The notes below the pieces were generated by a model. The model had not been told where the DNA came from, did no database searches, and saw nothing but the letters and a program-made list of their open reading frames with translations. Shown here piece by piece: positions 1 through 10,728 of a stretch of 64,000 nt of DNA; position 1 is the stretch's first letter; every line of letters begins with the position of its first letter. The stretch lies in NCBI GenBank assembly GCA_036377775.1, contig DASUXT010000058.1, forward strand, positions 5,880-69,879, read 5' to 3'. The position numbers and the translations under genes are program-made. This DNA comes from Gemmatimonadaceae bacterium (GTDB lineage Bacteria; Gemmatimonadota; Gemmatimonadetes; Gemmatimonadales; Gemmatimonadaceae).

Positions 1-2378
<2,378 letters not shown>

Positions 2379-2459
2379 GTGCTGTTCCCCTTCAGGTTGC
2401 CGTGTCACCTGAATCAGGAGGCAACGCCGATGCCGCGCTGTCGGCGATTTCCCGTCAGG

Positions 2460-2885
2460 TCACCGGGCCACGAACATTTTTCTCGACGTGCGCTGGCCGT
2501 CGATCACCAGCTCGTAGACGTAGACGCCCGACGTGGCGGGTCGATGGCCGCGCGAGACGCGCCCATCCCAGTGCGCCAGATAGCTGCCACAGCTCAACCG
2601 GACGCCAGCCACGGGCACACCGGCGCCATGCAGCACCGGCGTGGCGACGAGCTGCGCCAGCACGTTGTAGACGCGCAGCGAAACGACCCGCTGCCCGCCT
2701 CGCCCGTTGCAGTCGTCCACCGAGAACGGAATCCAGGTGTCGGGCCGAAACGGATTGGGAAAATTCTGACCGAGCGTGCCCAGCCTGCGCTCACGGGGCG
2801 GCGACGTGCGCTGCCCCGCCGCTGGCGATGGCGCCAGGGCGCCAAGGGCGAGCACGAGCGCAAGTGCTGCCCAACGGTGATGCAT
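2460..2885 (-). CDS. Small secreted protein made of a signal peptide plus a FlgD-Ig-like / T9SS-type C-terminal sorting domain
   Basis: 141 aa. Signal peptide MHHRWAALALVLALGALAPSPAAG, then LGQNFPNPFRPDTWIPFSV...VSLRVYNVLAQLV...WDGR...SGVYVYELVIDGQ...RKMFVAR, the typical CTD/FlgD-Ig motif pattern. Confidence 0.65.
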   Translation of the reverse strand: MHHRWAALALVLALGALAPSPAAGQRTSPPRERRLGTLGQNFPNPFRPDTWIPFSVDDCNGRGGQRVVSLRVYNVLAQLVATPVLHGAGVPVAGVRLSCGSYLAHWDGRVSRGHRPATSGVYVYELVIDGQRTSRKMFVAR

Positions 2886-3021
2886 GGTGACTCCGGCTGA
2901 CGAAACAGGATCCCGGGAAAGCTCCGCGCAGAAAGGACGGGTGGTTCACGCAGCGTGCGACAGGAACGGCGGGCCCCGTTCCATGTCACATTTCTGAAGC
3001 TACGGGCCGGTTCAGGCCGAA

Positions 3022-4887
3022 TCAAGAAATGGTCCGCGCACCGTCGACGAGGCGCCGCTTCCCTTCGAGGTCGCGCCGCGTGATCCCGGCGCGGTCGCAA
3101 TACTCCAGGAAGGGAATGAGGAACTTGCGGGAAAAGCCGAGGAGCTCGCGAAGCTCGGCGGGGCCGTACCCAACGTCACCCGACATGCCGGCTCGCAGGC
3201 GCGTGACGAGCCGCTCCACCGTCCCGGCGCGGTAGTAGCGCGAGGGCTCCACGGCGACGAGGGTGCCCTCCCTCGCGAGATGGCGCGCGACGGCGGTGAG
3301 AGAGCCGACAGGCACGTCGAGCGCCGTGCCGAGCTCGTCGAGCGACGGCGGCTCATGCCCGCCGGCGTCGAGCGCGGCGAGGAGCCTCGTTCCGATGGCC
3401 GCCTCCTCCGGGCTGAGGCGAGGGGCGAAATCGGGGAGGCGCACCATCCCCTGCTCCACGAGGACGACGCCCCGCGCCTGGAGCGCATCGATCGCCGCCG
3501 TTGCCACTTCCTCCGGAGCCTTCAGCCGCGAACGAAGCCACTGCAGCTGGGGGCCCGGCTCGAGCGGACTGGCCGCGTGATGCTCCCGCACGGCGCGCAC
3601 CACCGCGTGCTCCAGCTCCGCTCGCGCTGTGGCGCCGACGAGGCGGCTTCCGACCGGCCACGCATCGTGGCGCGCGACGACTTCCTGAGCACGCGAAGGC
3701 GAGATGCCGAGCCGCACCGGGAGCTCGTGCGTGGGGACACCGTGGCTCCCCGCCTCATCGAGCAGGTGCCGCAGCAGGTGTGAGGGAGTGCGCGGCTCCA
3801 GCGGCCACGGTCTCGCGCGCATCGGCGCGGCGGGGTCGATGATCACGCCGCCACCAATGGTTCGCGCGGGCGATGCGTCGCGAAGCACGAACCGATCGCC
3901 GGCCCGCGCGACGAGAGGGTGATCGAGCACGAGCCGGACGGAGGTCGTGGCTTCGGGCAGCACGTTTCCTTCGGGACCGACGAGGCGTGCGCCGACCTCC
4001 GCCGTGCCGAGATGCAGGCGCACCCAGCGCCGGGATGTGATCGGAGTCGGCGCGTCGGGCAGGAGGGTCACGTCCGCACGCATGACGCGCGAGGGATGCC
4101 ATGCGTCGCCCTCGACGAGCACGGCGCCGCGCGCCAGCTCCGTGACGTCCGCTCCATGGACGGCGATCGCCGCCCGCTCTCCCTCGTTCATGCGATCCAC
4201 CGCGTGGCCATGCGCCTGCAGCCCACGGACGCGGACGACGCGGTCGGCGGGGAGAAGCCGGAGCGTGGCGTCACGGGCGACCGCTCCCGACCAGACCGTC
4301 CCCGTGACGACGCTTCCCGTGCCGCGCACGGTGAAGGCGCGGTCGATCGGCAGCCGGAAGAGGTCGCGCTCGTGCACCGGCGGCAGGCGCAGGGCCTCGT
4401 CAGCGAGCGCGCGGCGCAGCGCGGGGAGGCCGTCGCCGGTCGTGGCGGACACGCGGAGAATCGGTACACCGTCGAGCGCCGAACCGGCGAGCGCGGCGCG
4501 CACGTCCTCCTCCACGAGTGCGAGCCAATCGTCGTCCACGAGGTCGCACTTGGTCAGCGCGACCACGCCACCGCGCACGGCGAGCAGTGACAGCACCGCC
4601 AGGTGCTCGCGGGTCTGTGGCATCACGCCTTCGTCGGCGGCGACGACGAGCATCGCGAGGTGAATGCCGGTGGCACCGGCAACCATGGTGCGCACGAATG
4701 CCTCGTGGCCCGGCACGTCCACCACCCCGAGCGTGCCGACACCTTCCAGCTCGAGCGGTGCGAAGCCGAGGTCGATCGTGATGCCGCGCCGCTTCTCCTC
4801 CGGGAGACGATCGGTGTCGACGCCCGTGAGTGCGCGGACGAGCGTGGTCTTCCCGTGATCGATGTGACCGGCGGTCCCGAGGATCAT
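3022..4887 (-). CDS. selB: Selenocysteine-specific translation elongation factor SelB
   Basis: The internal ATG at 4887 gives [43 protein letters not shown] (GTPase G1-G3), and the C-terminal winged-helix segment [21 protein letters not shown] is present. The 79-aa N-terminal extension in the track overlaps recO and was discarded. Confidence 0.9.
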   Translation of the reverse strand: MILGTAGHIDHGKTTLVRALTGVDTDRLPEEKRRGITIDLGFAPLELEGVGTLGVVDVPGHEAFVRTMVAGATGIHLAMLVVAADEGVMPQTREHLAVLSLLAVRGGVVALTKCDLVDDDWLALVEEDVRAALAGSALDGVPILRVSATTGDGLPALRRALADEALRLPPVHERDLFRLPIDRAFTVRGTGSVVTGTVWSGAVARDATLRLLPADRVVRVRGLQAHGHAVDRMNEGERAAIAVHGADVTELARGAVLVEGDAWHPSRVMRADVTLLPDAPTPITSRRWVRLHLGTAEVGARLVGPEGNVLPEATTSVRLVLDHPLVARAGDRFVLRDASPARTIGGGVIIDPAAPMRARPWPLEPRTPSHLLRHLLDEAGSHGVPTHELPVRLGISPSRAQEVVARHDAWPVGSRLVGATARAELEHAVVRAVREHHAASPLEPGPQLQWLRSRLKAPEEVATAAIDALQARGVVLVEQGMVRLPDFAPRLSPEEAAIGTRLLAALDAGGHEPPSLDELGTALDVPVGSLTAVARHLAREGTLVAVEPSRYYRAGTVERLVTRLRAGMSGDVGYGPAELRELLGFSRKFLIPFLEYCDRAGITRRDLEGKRRLVDGARTIS

Positions 4888-4900
4888 GGCGCGCGGCGGG

Positions 4901-5653
4901 TCACAGGCGTCGCTCCTCCCACATCTCCATCGCGCGGAGGGGACGTCCGTCGGTGAGGTGCTCGGCGAGGAACTCGCGCAGCAGGCGCTGGTGGGCGCGT
5001 GCCGCGGGCTCGTCGAGCACGGGCGCGTGCTGGTCGTCCAGGAAATGCCGGAGGGTGTCGCGCGCCGCGGGCGGCAGCTTGCGCCCCGAGGGGGCCAGCC
5101 GGCCGCACCGCAGGCAGAGGGCACCGCCGGCGCGGTGACTGAACATCACGGTATCGCCGGGGGCGAGGCTCGCGTGACAGTCGGCGCAGAGGTCGAGCGC
5201 GGGGGCGAAACCCAGCTCGGCGACGATGCGCCACGCACCGGCGAGCGTCGTCGCTGCCGCCTGCTCCGGCGTGGCCACGGCGAGTGCGTCGAGCGCCGCG
5301 GCGACGGCGTCGAACAGGCCGACGTCAGCTTCGTCGCGGCCGAAGCGAAGGGTGAGCTCGGCGATGACGGAGGCACCCGCAAAGCGCCCGAGGTCCGCAG
5401 CGAGCTCGGGACGCGCGCGTTCCACGTCGAAGGCACTCAGGTTGTCCAGGTCACGGCCGGCCTTCACGTAGAGCTGGGCGCTTCCCTGCGCGAAGAGATC
5501 CACCGCGCTGCCGAAGCGGCGCGACGAGCGCCGCGCCCCCTTGGCCAGCGCGCTCCGCACCCCGCCGTCGCGCGTGACGAGACGCAGGATGCGCGACGAC
5601 TCCAGATAATCGAAGGCATGAAGGACGATCGCCCGCGTGGCGAGGAGGGGCAT
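4901..5653 (-). CDS. recO: DNA repair protein RecO
   Basis: 250 aa. N-terminal OB-fold region MPLLATRAIVLHAFDYLESSRILRLVTRDGG and a C-terminal CxxC...CxxC zinc motif (CADCHA...CLRCG). Confidence 0.88.
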   Translation of the reverse strand: MPLLATRAIVLHAFDYLESSRILRLVTRDGGVRSALAKGARRSSRRFGSAVDLFAQGSAQLYVKAGRDLDNLSAFDVERARPELAADLGRFAGASVIAELTLRFGRDEADVGLFDAVAAALDALAVATPEQAAATTLAGAWRIVAELGFAPALDLCADCHASLAPGDTVMFSHRAGGALCLRCGRLAPSGRKLPPAARDTLRHFLDDQHAPVLDEPAARAHQRLLREFLAEHLTDGRPLRAMEMWEERRL

Positions 5654-5694
5654 GCCGGTAAAGCTAGCCGCTGGGTGAGGATCGGGCGTGGACG

Positions 5695-5764
5695 GTGAAC
5701 CGTGAACCGTGAACCGTGAACCGTGAACCGTGAACGGTTAACGGTGAACGGTGAACCGTGACGG
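5695..5764. repeat. Tandem heptamer array, about 10 x GTGAACC (direct units only)
   Basis: Read directly: gtgaacc x5, gtgaacg, gttaacg, gtgaacg, gtgaacc, gtgacgg. It lies between the TonB-receptor stop (5777) and the recO start (5653). Confidence 0.95.
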
Positions 5765-5776
5765 CGTCGACGGAGG

Positions 5777-7795
5777 TCAGTAGCTGAGCCTCATGCCGGC
5801 GAGGATGCGGCGGGGGGAGGCGCGGTAGCCGGTGAGGCGGAGGGTAGCCTCGTCCGTCCGTGCGAAGTCGTAGTTCACGCCGGCGGCCTCGGTGTAGTGG
5901 GCGTCGAACAGGTTGTCGACGCGGAGGGTGAGCGCCGCGGCAGCGTGACCCTGTCGCGCGGGGACGAGCGCGACGTCGCCCGACAGGTCCACGCGGGAGT
6001 ACGCGGGAAGTGAAACGCGACTTGACGTGAAATCGGGGGCGAAGAAGACGTCGTCGCGCCTGCCCACGCGGCGAGTGCGGATGTCGACACCGAACCGCTC
6101 GGCGCGAAAGCCGACACCGGCGTCGAAGGTATGCATCGGCCGGCGAAGCAGGCGCGCATTCGCGGCGAACGTGGACGTGACTTCGCCGCTCGCGCCCGGC
6201 GTCACGACGCGTGCGTCCAGGTAGGTGAACGACGCGTCCGCGTACAGGCCGACAGGAAGCTGGGCCCGCCCCTCCAGCTCGACACCGCTGGCTCGAGTCC
6301 GCGCGAGGTTGAAGTAGTTCGGCTGCGTGGCCGAGTACACGTAGTCGATGAGGTTGCGAAACGAGTTGGCGAACCAGGTGGCGCTGAGCTGTCCCAGGTT
6401 TCCGAGCGTCTGTTCGACGCCGGCGTCGATGCTGAAGGACTGTTCGGGCGCGAGCGCCGGATTCCCGATCACGAAGTCGCTGCCGTAGTTCTCGAGGAAG
6501 GTCGGCTCGCGGAACGCGGTACCCGCGCTTGCACGCAGCCGAGATCCCCCGGTCACCCGGGCGCTCGCCGCAGCACGCCAGGTCCAGAAGTCGCCGAAGC
6601 GCTGGTTGTGCTCGTAACGGCCGCCAAGCGTCGACGTCCAGCGGTCGGACGGCTCGAGCAGCAGCTGCGCGTACGCCCCGCTCGTGCGGCGGGCGGCAGT
6701 GAAGCCGTTCGGGCCGAAGTTGCTCGTCGTGGCACTGGCCTGCCACTCACGCTCCACCTGTCCTCCCACCGTGAGCTGCGAGCCGCGAGGCAGGGCGAGC
6801 TCGAGCCGCAGGTCCCCGCTCCTCCGACGCGTGCGATCGGCGGCGGAGTAGTAGTACCCCTGGTCGTCGCCGGGGCTGTCGGGCTGATCATCGGTCACGC
6901 CGTGCACGTCGTTCGACGCCAGATTTGCGCGCAGCGACAACGCATCGCTCAGACGCACGCTGCCTCCTGCGCCCAGTGCGAGACGATCCTCGTGATGCAC
7001 CGCGTTGCTGTCCACGACCCGGCCGCTGCCGTCCGTGGGGAAGTGCAGCGCGATGTCACCGTAGCGCAGGGAGAGCTGTCCTTCGGCAGGACCGAGCGCA
7101 GCATGAAGGAGGGCGCTCGCGCCGTTGTCGTTGAAGGCACTGTTGAACGCCTGATACCCCGCAGTGCGATGACGCGACGCCCCGAGCGACCAGTCGACCG
7201 CTGCATCTCCGGGCGCAGCCGCGCCGCGAAGGGCACCGGCGAGGTCGGAAGTGCCGAATCCACCACCGCGCGCCGCCAGCTCGCCGTGCACGCCGCGCGT
7301 GCCGCGTCGGGTGAAGATCTGCACCACCCCCGCCACCGCGTCCGATCCGTACAGCACGCTCGATGGGCCACGCACGATCTCGATGCGGTCCACGTTGTCG
7401 GTGGTGAGCGACGAGAAATCGAACGCGCCACCGGCGTCGTTCACCGGCACGCCATCCACGAGCACCTTGGTGAACTTGCTCTCACCGCCTCGGATGAACA
7501 GCGAGGTGGCCGATCCATAGGACGCGGACTGGGCAAGCGCGACACCGGGCACCTGGCGCAGCGCTTCGGCCACGCTCGTGATCCCTTCGCGGCGAAGCTG
7601 CTCGCCACCGAGGACGGACACCGACGCGGGGACGCGGTCTCCGGGCATCGCGCTGCGCGTCGCCGTCACGACGACTGGTGCGGTGCGCACGGTGTCGCGG
7701 GCGGTGCCCTGCGCCAGCGACCCGACGGGGGCGAGCAGGACGGAGGCAGCAACAGCAAGGCGCACGAGAAGGTCTCGATGATGGAACATTGTCAT
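5777..7795 (-). CDS. TonB-dependent outer-membrane receptor (cobalamin/siderophore type, BtuB-like by context)
   Basis: The start at ATG 7795 gives MTMFHHRDLLVRLAVAASVLLAPVGSLAQ (signal peptide). The plug domain VVVTATR...SVLGGEQLRREGITSVAEALRQVPGV...IRGG...VLVDGVPVND...IEIVRGPSSVLYGSDA is present, and the protein ends in an aromatic residue (...GMRLSY). It is the last gene of a riboswitch-controlled operon. Confidence 0.9.
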   Translation of the reverse strand: MTMFHHRDLLVRLAVAASVLLAPVGSLAQGTARDTVRTAPVVVTATRSAMPGDRVPASVSVLGGEQLRREGITSVAEALRQVPGVALAQSASYGSATSLFIRGGESKFTKVLVDGVPVNDAGGAFDFSSLTTDNVDRIEIVRGPSSVLYGSDAVAGVVQIFTRRGTRGVHGELAARGGGFGTSDLAGALRGAAAPGDAAVDWSLGASRHRTAGYQAFNSAFNDNGASALLHAALGPAEGQLSLRYGDIALHFPTDGSGRVVDSNAVHHEDRLALGAGGSVRLSDALSLRANLASNDVHGVTDDQPDSPGDDQGYYYSAADRTRRRSGDLRLELALPRGSQLTVGGQVEREWQASATTSNFGPNGFTAARRTSGAYAQLLLEPSDRWTSTLGGRYEHNQRFGDFWTWRAAASARVTGGSRLRASAGTAFREPTFLENYGSDFVIGNPALAPEQSFSIDAGVEQTLGNLGQLSATWFANSFRNLIDYVYSATQPNYFNLARTRASGVELEGRAQLPVGLYADASFTYLDARVVTPGASGEVTSTFAANARLLRRPMHTFDAGVGFRAERFGVDIRTRRVGRRDDVFFAPDFTSSRVSLPAYSRVDLSGDVALVPARQGHAAAALTLRVDNLFDAHYTEAAGVNYDFARTDEATLRLTGYRASPRRILAGMRLSY

Positions 7796-7800
7796 GGGAG

Positions 7801-8589
7801 TCAGTCGCGCGAAGGCGCGCGGAGGGGAACGAGGGCGGGCGCGCCCACGGCGGGATCGCGCGTGACGACGAGTGGCCATTCGTACACGTGCTCGAGCACG
7901 GCGCCCTGCATCACGTCGTTCGCCGACCCGCTGGCCACCACCTGGCCGCGGTGCAGCAGCACGATGTGAGTGGCAAAACGGGCAACGAGGTTCAGCTGGT
8001 GGCTCACGAGGAGCACGGCATGCCCTTCCCGGGCCAGTCGGCTCATGAGCTCGAAGACGACCATCTCGTGCCCGACGTCGAGAAAGGTGGTGGGCTCGTC
8101 GAGCACGATCGCTGTGGCGCCCTGCGCCACGGCGCGCGCGAGCCGCACGCGCTGCCACTCGCCTCCCGACAGCTCCGTGACGCTCCGACCGGCGAGCTGT
8201 TCGGTGCCGGTGCGGCGCATCGCCTCGTCGATCGCGGCGCGATCGTCGCGTGATGGCGCGCGGAAAAGGCCGAGGTGAGGATACCGTCCAAGAGTCACAT
8301 ACTCGCGCACGCGCAGCGGGAAGGCCGGCTCCTCCCGCTGCACCACCACCGCCACGCGCGTCGCCAGCGCGCGACGATCGGAGTCGTTCGCGTCGCGACC
8401 TTCCACCGAGACGCCGCCGGTGGTGACGGGTGCCCGACCGAGGAGTGCACGCACGAGGGTGCTCTTGCCGCTCCCATTCGGTCCGACGACGGCCGTGAGG
8501 GCACCTCGCCTGGCGACGAGCGACACGGCCGACAGCGCAGGCACCTCGCGCCGCGGATAGCGCACGCTCAACTCGCGGAACTCGATCAT
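7801..8589 (-). CDS. ABC transporter ATP-binding protein (FecE/BtuD family)
   Basis: ATG at 8589: MIEFRELSVRY...GPNGSGKSTL (Walker A), LSGGEWQRVRLARA (signature), IVLDEPT (Walker B). It overlaps the permease stop by 4 nt. Confidence 0.9.
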   Translation of the reverse strand: MIEFRELSVRYPRREVPALSAVSLVARRGALTAVVGPNGSGKSTLVRALLGRAPVTTGGVSVEGRDANDSDRRALATRVAVVVQREEPAFPLRVREYVTLGRYPHLGLFRAPSRDDRAAIDEAMRRTGTEQLAGRSVTELSGGEWQRVRLARAVAQGATAIVLDEPTTFLDVGHEMVVFELMSRLAREGHAVLLVSHQLNLVARFATHIVLLHRGQVVASGSANDVMQGAVLEHVYEWPLVVTRDPAVGAPALVPLRAPSRD

Positions 8590-9557
8590 GTGAGTCGCCG
8601 CAGCCGGGAGAGAAAGAAGGGCACGCCAAGGATCGCCGTGACGGCGCCGAGCGGCAGCTCCGTGGGTGGATGCGCGACTCTCGCCACCAGATCGGCGAGC
8701 ACGACGAGGGCCGCGCCGCCGAGCGCCGAGGCACCGATGATGGTTCGATGCGTCCGCGCGCCCGCCACGCGTGCCAGGTGCGGGACGAGCAGGCCGACGA
8801 AGCCGACGAGGCCAGCCGCAGCGACGGTGCCGGCGGCAAGCAGCGCTCCCGCCGCATAGACGGCGAGGGTGACGCGAGCCACGTCGACCCCCATTCCCGC
8901 CGCCGCGTCCTCGCCAAGCGCGAGGAGGTCGATCGGGCGGGCGAGCGCGAGCAGTGCCACGACGCCGACCGCGACGTAGACGGCGAGCGCGCGCACCTGC
9001 GGCCAGCTCGCATCGGCGGCCGAGCCCATCATCCACCACAAGGCACCGCGGACCGCGTTCGCATCCACACCCGCCAGCGCCACCATGATCGCCGCGTTGG
9101 CGAAGGCCCCGACGACCACGCCGGCCATTAGGACGACGCGCGCGTCGCCCTGCCCGCCGGACGCGTGCGCCACGATGAGGGAAAGCGCGACGGCGGCCAG
9201 CGCCCCAGCGAGCCCAGCGAGCGGCACGACCGCGGCCGGCGCGTGAAGCGCCACGGCGATCACCGCGCCCACCGCCGCACCACCGGAGACGCCAAGCAGG
9301 TAGGGCTCGGCGAGGCCATTCCGCGTCGCACCCTGGAGTGCGGCGCCGGAAGCGCCGAGCCCCGCGCCGACGAGCGCCGCGAGCAGCACGCGTGGCAGGC
9401 GGAGCTGGCGAACGACCGCCACCTGCGTGGCAGTGCCGATGCCGAGCGCACCGTGCACCGCCTCGAGCGGCGTGAGATGCAGCGTACCGAACGCCACCCC
9501 TGCCAGGGCGGCGAACAGCAGCACGACGACGATGAGTGCCCAGCGCGACGCGCGCAC
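8586..9557 (-). CDS. FecCD-family ABC permease (BtuC-like)
   Basis: 323 aa and highly hydrophobic, with the typical motifs LRLPRVLLAALVGAGLGASGAALQG and FVGLLVPHLAR. Confidence 0.88.
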   Translation of the reverse strand: MRASRWALIVVVLLFAALAGVAFGTLHLTPLEAVHGALGIGTATQVAVVRQLRLPRVLLAALVGAGLGASGAALQGATRNGLAEPYLLGVSGGAAVGAVIAVALHAPAAVVPLAGLAGALAAVALSLIVAHASGGQGDARVVLMAGVVVGAFANAAIMVALAGVDANAVRGALWWMMGSAADASWPQVRALAVYVAVGVVALLALARPIDLLALGEDAAAGMGVDVARVTLAVYAAGALLAAGTVAAAGLVGFVGLLVPHLARVAGARTHRTIIGASALGGAALVVLADLVARVAHPPTELPLGAVTAILGVPFFLSRLRRLT

Positions 9558-10457
9558 CTAGATCACTCCCGGGTGCAGCAGGCGCGCGAGCGATGCCGCA
9601 CTCGCCCCCACGCGCGCCGAGGGACCGTTCACGATGGTCGTGTCGAAGACGAGCACGCGACCCTCGCGCACGGCGCGGAGCGCCTGCCAGCGCGGATCGC
9701 GAAGGATGTGCGCGCGTGTCTGCGGGCTCGCGAGCACCACGTCCGGGTCGCGGCGCACGAGGTCCTCGAAGCTCACCGCCGGCGACGGCGCCGGCAGGGC
9801 GTGATAGACGTTGGTCGCGCCCGCCGCGCCAAGCAGCTCATCGAGGAAGCTGCCGCCGCCGACGCCGAGCAAGGGGCTCTCCCAGAGAATCCAGAACGCG
9901 CGCGGCCGCGCAACAGTGTCGGTCGCCGTACGCACGCGAGCGAGCGTCGCCTGCACCGTGTCCACGGTGATCCGGGCCGCGGCGGTGTCACCGGTGAGCG
10001 CGCCGAGCGCCTGCGTCACACGCTCGAAGTCGGCGATGCGGTCGACACGATACGCCACGGTGCGCACGCCCGCAGCGCGCAGGCGGCGCGCCGCATCACG
10101 ATTGTCGTCGCTCGCGTAGAGGACGACGAGGTCGGGCCGCGCGGCGAGCACGGCCTCCACGTTCGGACGAAGCCCCGGACCGAGATCGGGCACGTCGCGA
10201 ACCTGCGGCGGGAAGAGGTCCCACGTTGTCCTGCCGACCAGCCGGTCACCGGCGCCGATGGCGTACAGCAGCTCGGTCGTCGTGGGGTTCAGCGACACGA
10301 TGCGGCGCGGGGTGGCGCTCGCAGCCGCGATCGGGTCACCGAGGTCGTCGCGCGACACGCCCGGTCGAGGCGCGTCGGCGGGGCAGGCGCCAAGCAGCGC
10401 GAGCGCGACGTACGCGAGCGCGACCGATGAGCGACGGGCAGGAACGGCGGATAGCAC
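9558..10457 (-). CDS. Periplasmic binding lipoprotein of the iron/cobalamin ABC system (BtuF-like)
   Basis: RIVSLNPTTTELLYAIGAGDRLVGRT...RPDLVVLY is typical of class-8 substrate-binding proteins, and the lipobox LLGAC is present. I prefer the GTG at 10457, which has AGGAGA 9 nt upstream and gives a 24-aa lipoprotein signal. The track start at ATG 10511 is the alternative. Confidence 0.8.
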   Translation of the reverse strand: MLSAVPARRSSVALAYVALALLGACPADAPRPGVSRDDLGDPIAAASATPRRIVSLNPTTTELLYAIGAGDRLVGRTTWDLFPPQVRDVPDLGPGLRPNVEAVLAARPDLVVLYASDDNRDAARRLRAAGVRTVAYRVDRIADFERVTQALGALTGDTAAARITVDTVQATLARVRTATDTVARPRAFWILWESPLLGVGGGSFLDELLGAAGATNVYHALPAPSPAVSFEDLVRRDPDVVLASPQTRAHILRDPRWQALRAVREGRVLVFDTTIVNGPSARVGASAASLARLLHPGVI

Positions 10458-10559
10458 GACGGGCACTCTCCTGTCCGGGAAAGTGCCCGCAACGGACGCG
10501 TCGACGAGCATGCTGCCGAGCGCGTGTCGTCACCGCCCTCCCCCGAGGACCTGTGAACG

Positions 10560-10712
10560 TAGCGCGAGCGGAGTCGTCTCCTGGCTCCGGGCCGCGCGTC
10601 CCCGCCTTCCCGACCGCGGTCAGTGGCGTGGTGTTGGGCGCGCGTGCTGCTGCCCGTTACAGTGGCGGGGCCGCGCCGGCGTTGCACCGGCTTCCGTATC
10701 CCCGTTCGCGTT
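10560..10712 (-). promoter_or_regulatory. Cobalamin (AdoCbl) riboswitch aptamer
   Basis: The minus-strand RNA reads GGGGAUACGGAAGCCGGUGCAACGCCGGCGCGGCCCCGCCACUGUAACGGG ... CCACUGACCGCGGUCGGGAAGGCGGGG ... GAGCCAGGAGACGACUCCGC. This matches the conserved core (GGUG.AA..CC, GCCACUG, GGGAAGGC) and the B12 box (AGCCAGGAGAC). It sits directly upstream of the btuF-like gene. Confidence 0.85.
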
Positions 10713-10728
10713 CGATTGTGCGTCGAAT

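Noticed and set aside
2379-2459. RNA thermometer in the clpB 5' leader
   Set aside because: The leader has a GUUGCC...GGCAAC hairpin, but it ends just 5' of the AAGGGGAA Shine-Dalgarno and does not pair with it. I found no ROSE or fourU signature.
2886-3021. tRNA-Sec (selC) or another tRNA next to selB; the spacers 36100-36283, 37628-37952 and 30571-30736 were also inspected for tRNA or small structured RNAs
   Set aside because: No cloverleaf-compatible segment with a GTTCNANNC T-loop and matching acceptor stem was seen. Only simple GC hairpins consistent with terminators are present.
5695-5764. Possibility that the short-period arrays (also at 27105, 32348, 45088 and 48771) are CRISPR arrays or encode repeat proteins (HGSRFTV..., GPVDRWTDGP... 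in the track)
   Set aside because: The units are 7-8 nt with no unique spacers, and no cas genes are present. A period of 7 or 8 is not a multiple of 3, so no frame is maintained. The track peptides simply read through the repeats from neighbouring shadow frames.
7796-9013. N-terminal 406 codons of the 1078-aa ORF 5777..9013, and similar long N-terminal extensions on the ABC ATPase, metK, ptsI, EIID, ribBA, fbp, deoB, alr, ftsZ, ftsA, ftsQ, murG and ftsW track ORFs
   Set aside because: These extensions overlap well-supported upstream genes in another frame. They are Arg/Pro/Ala-rich and have no homology-like motifs. Internal starts with signal peptides, SD sequences or 4-nt ATGA/GTGA overlaps give proteins of canonical length.
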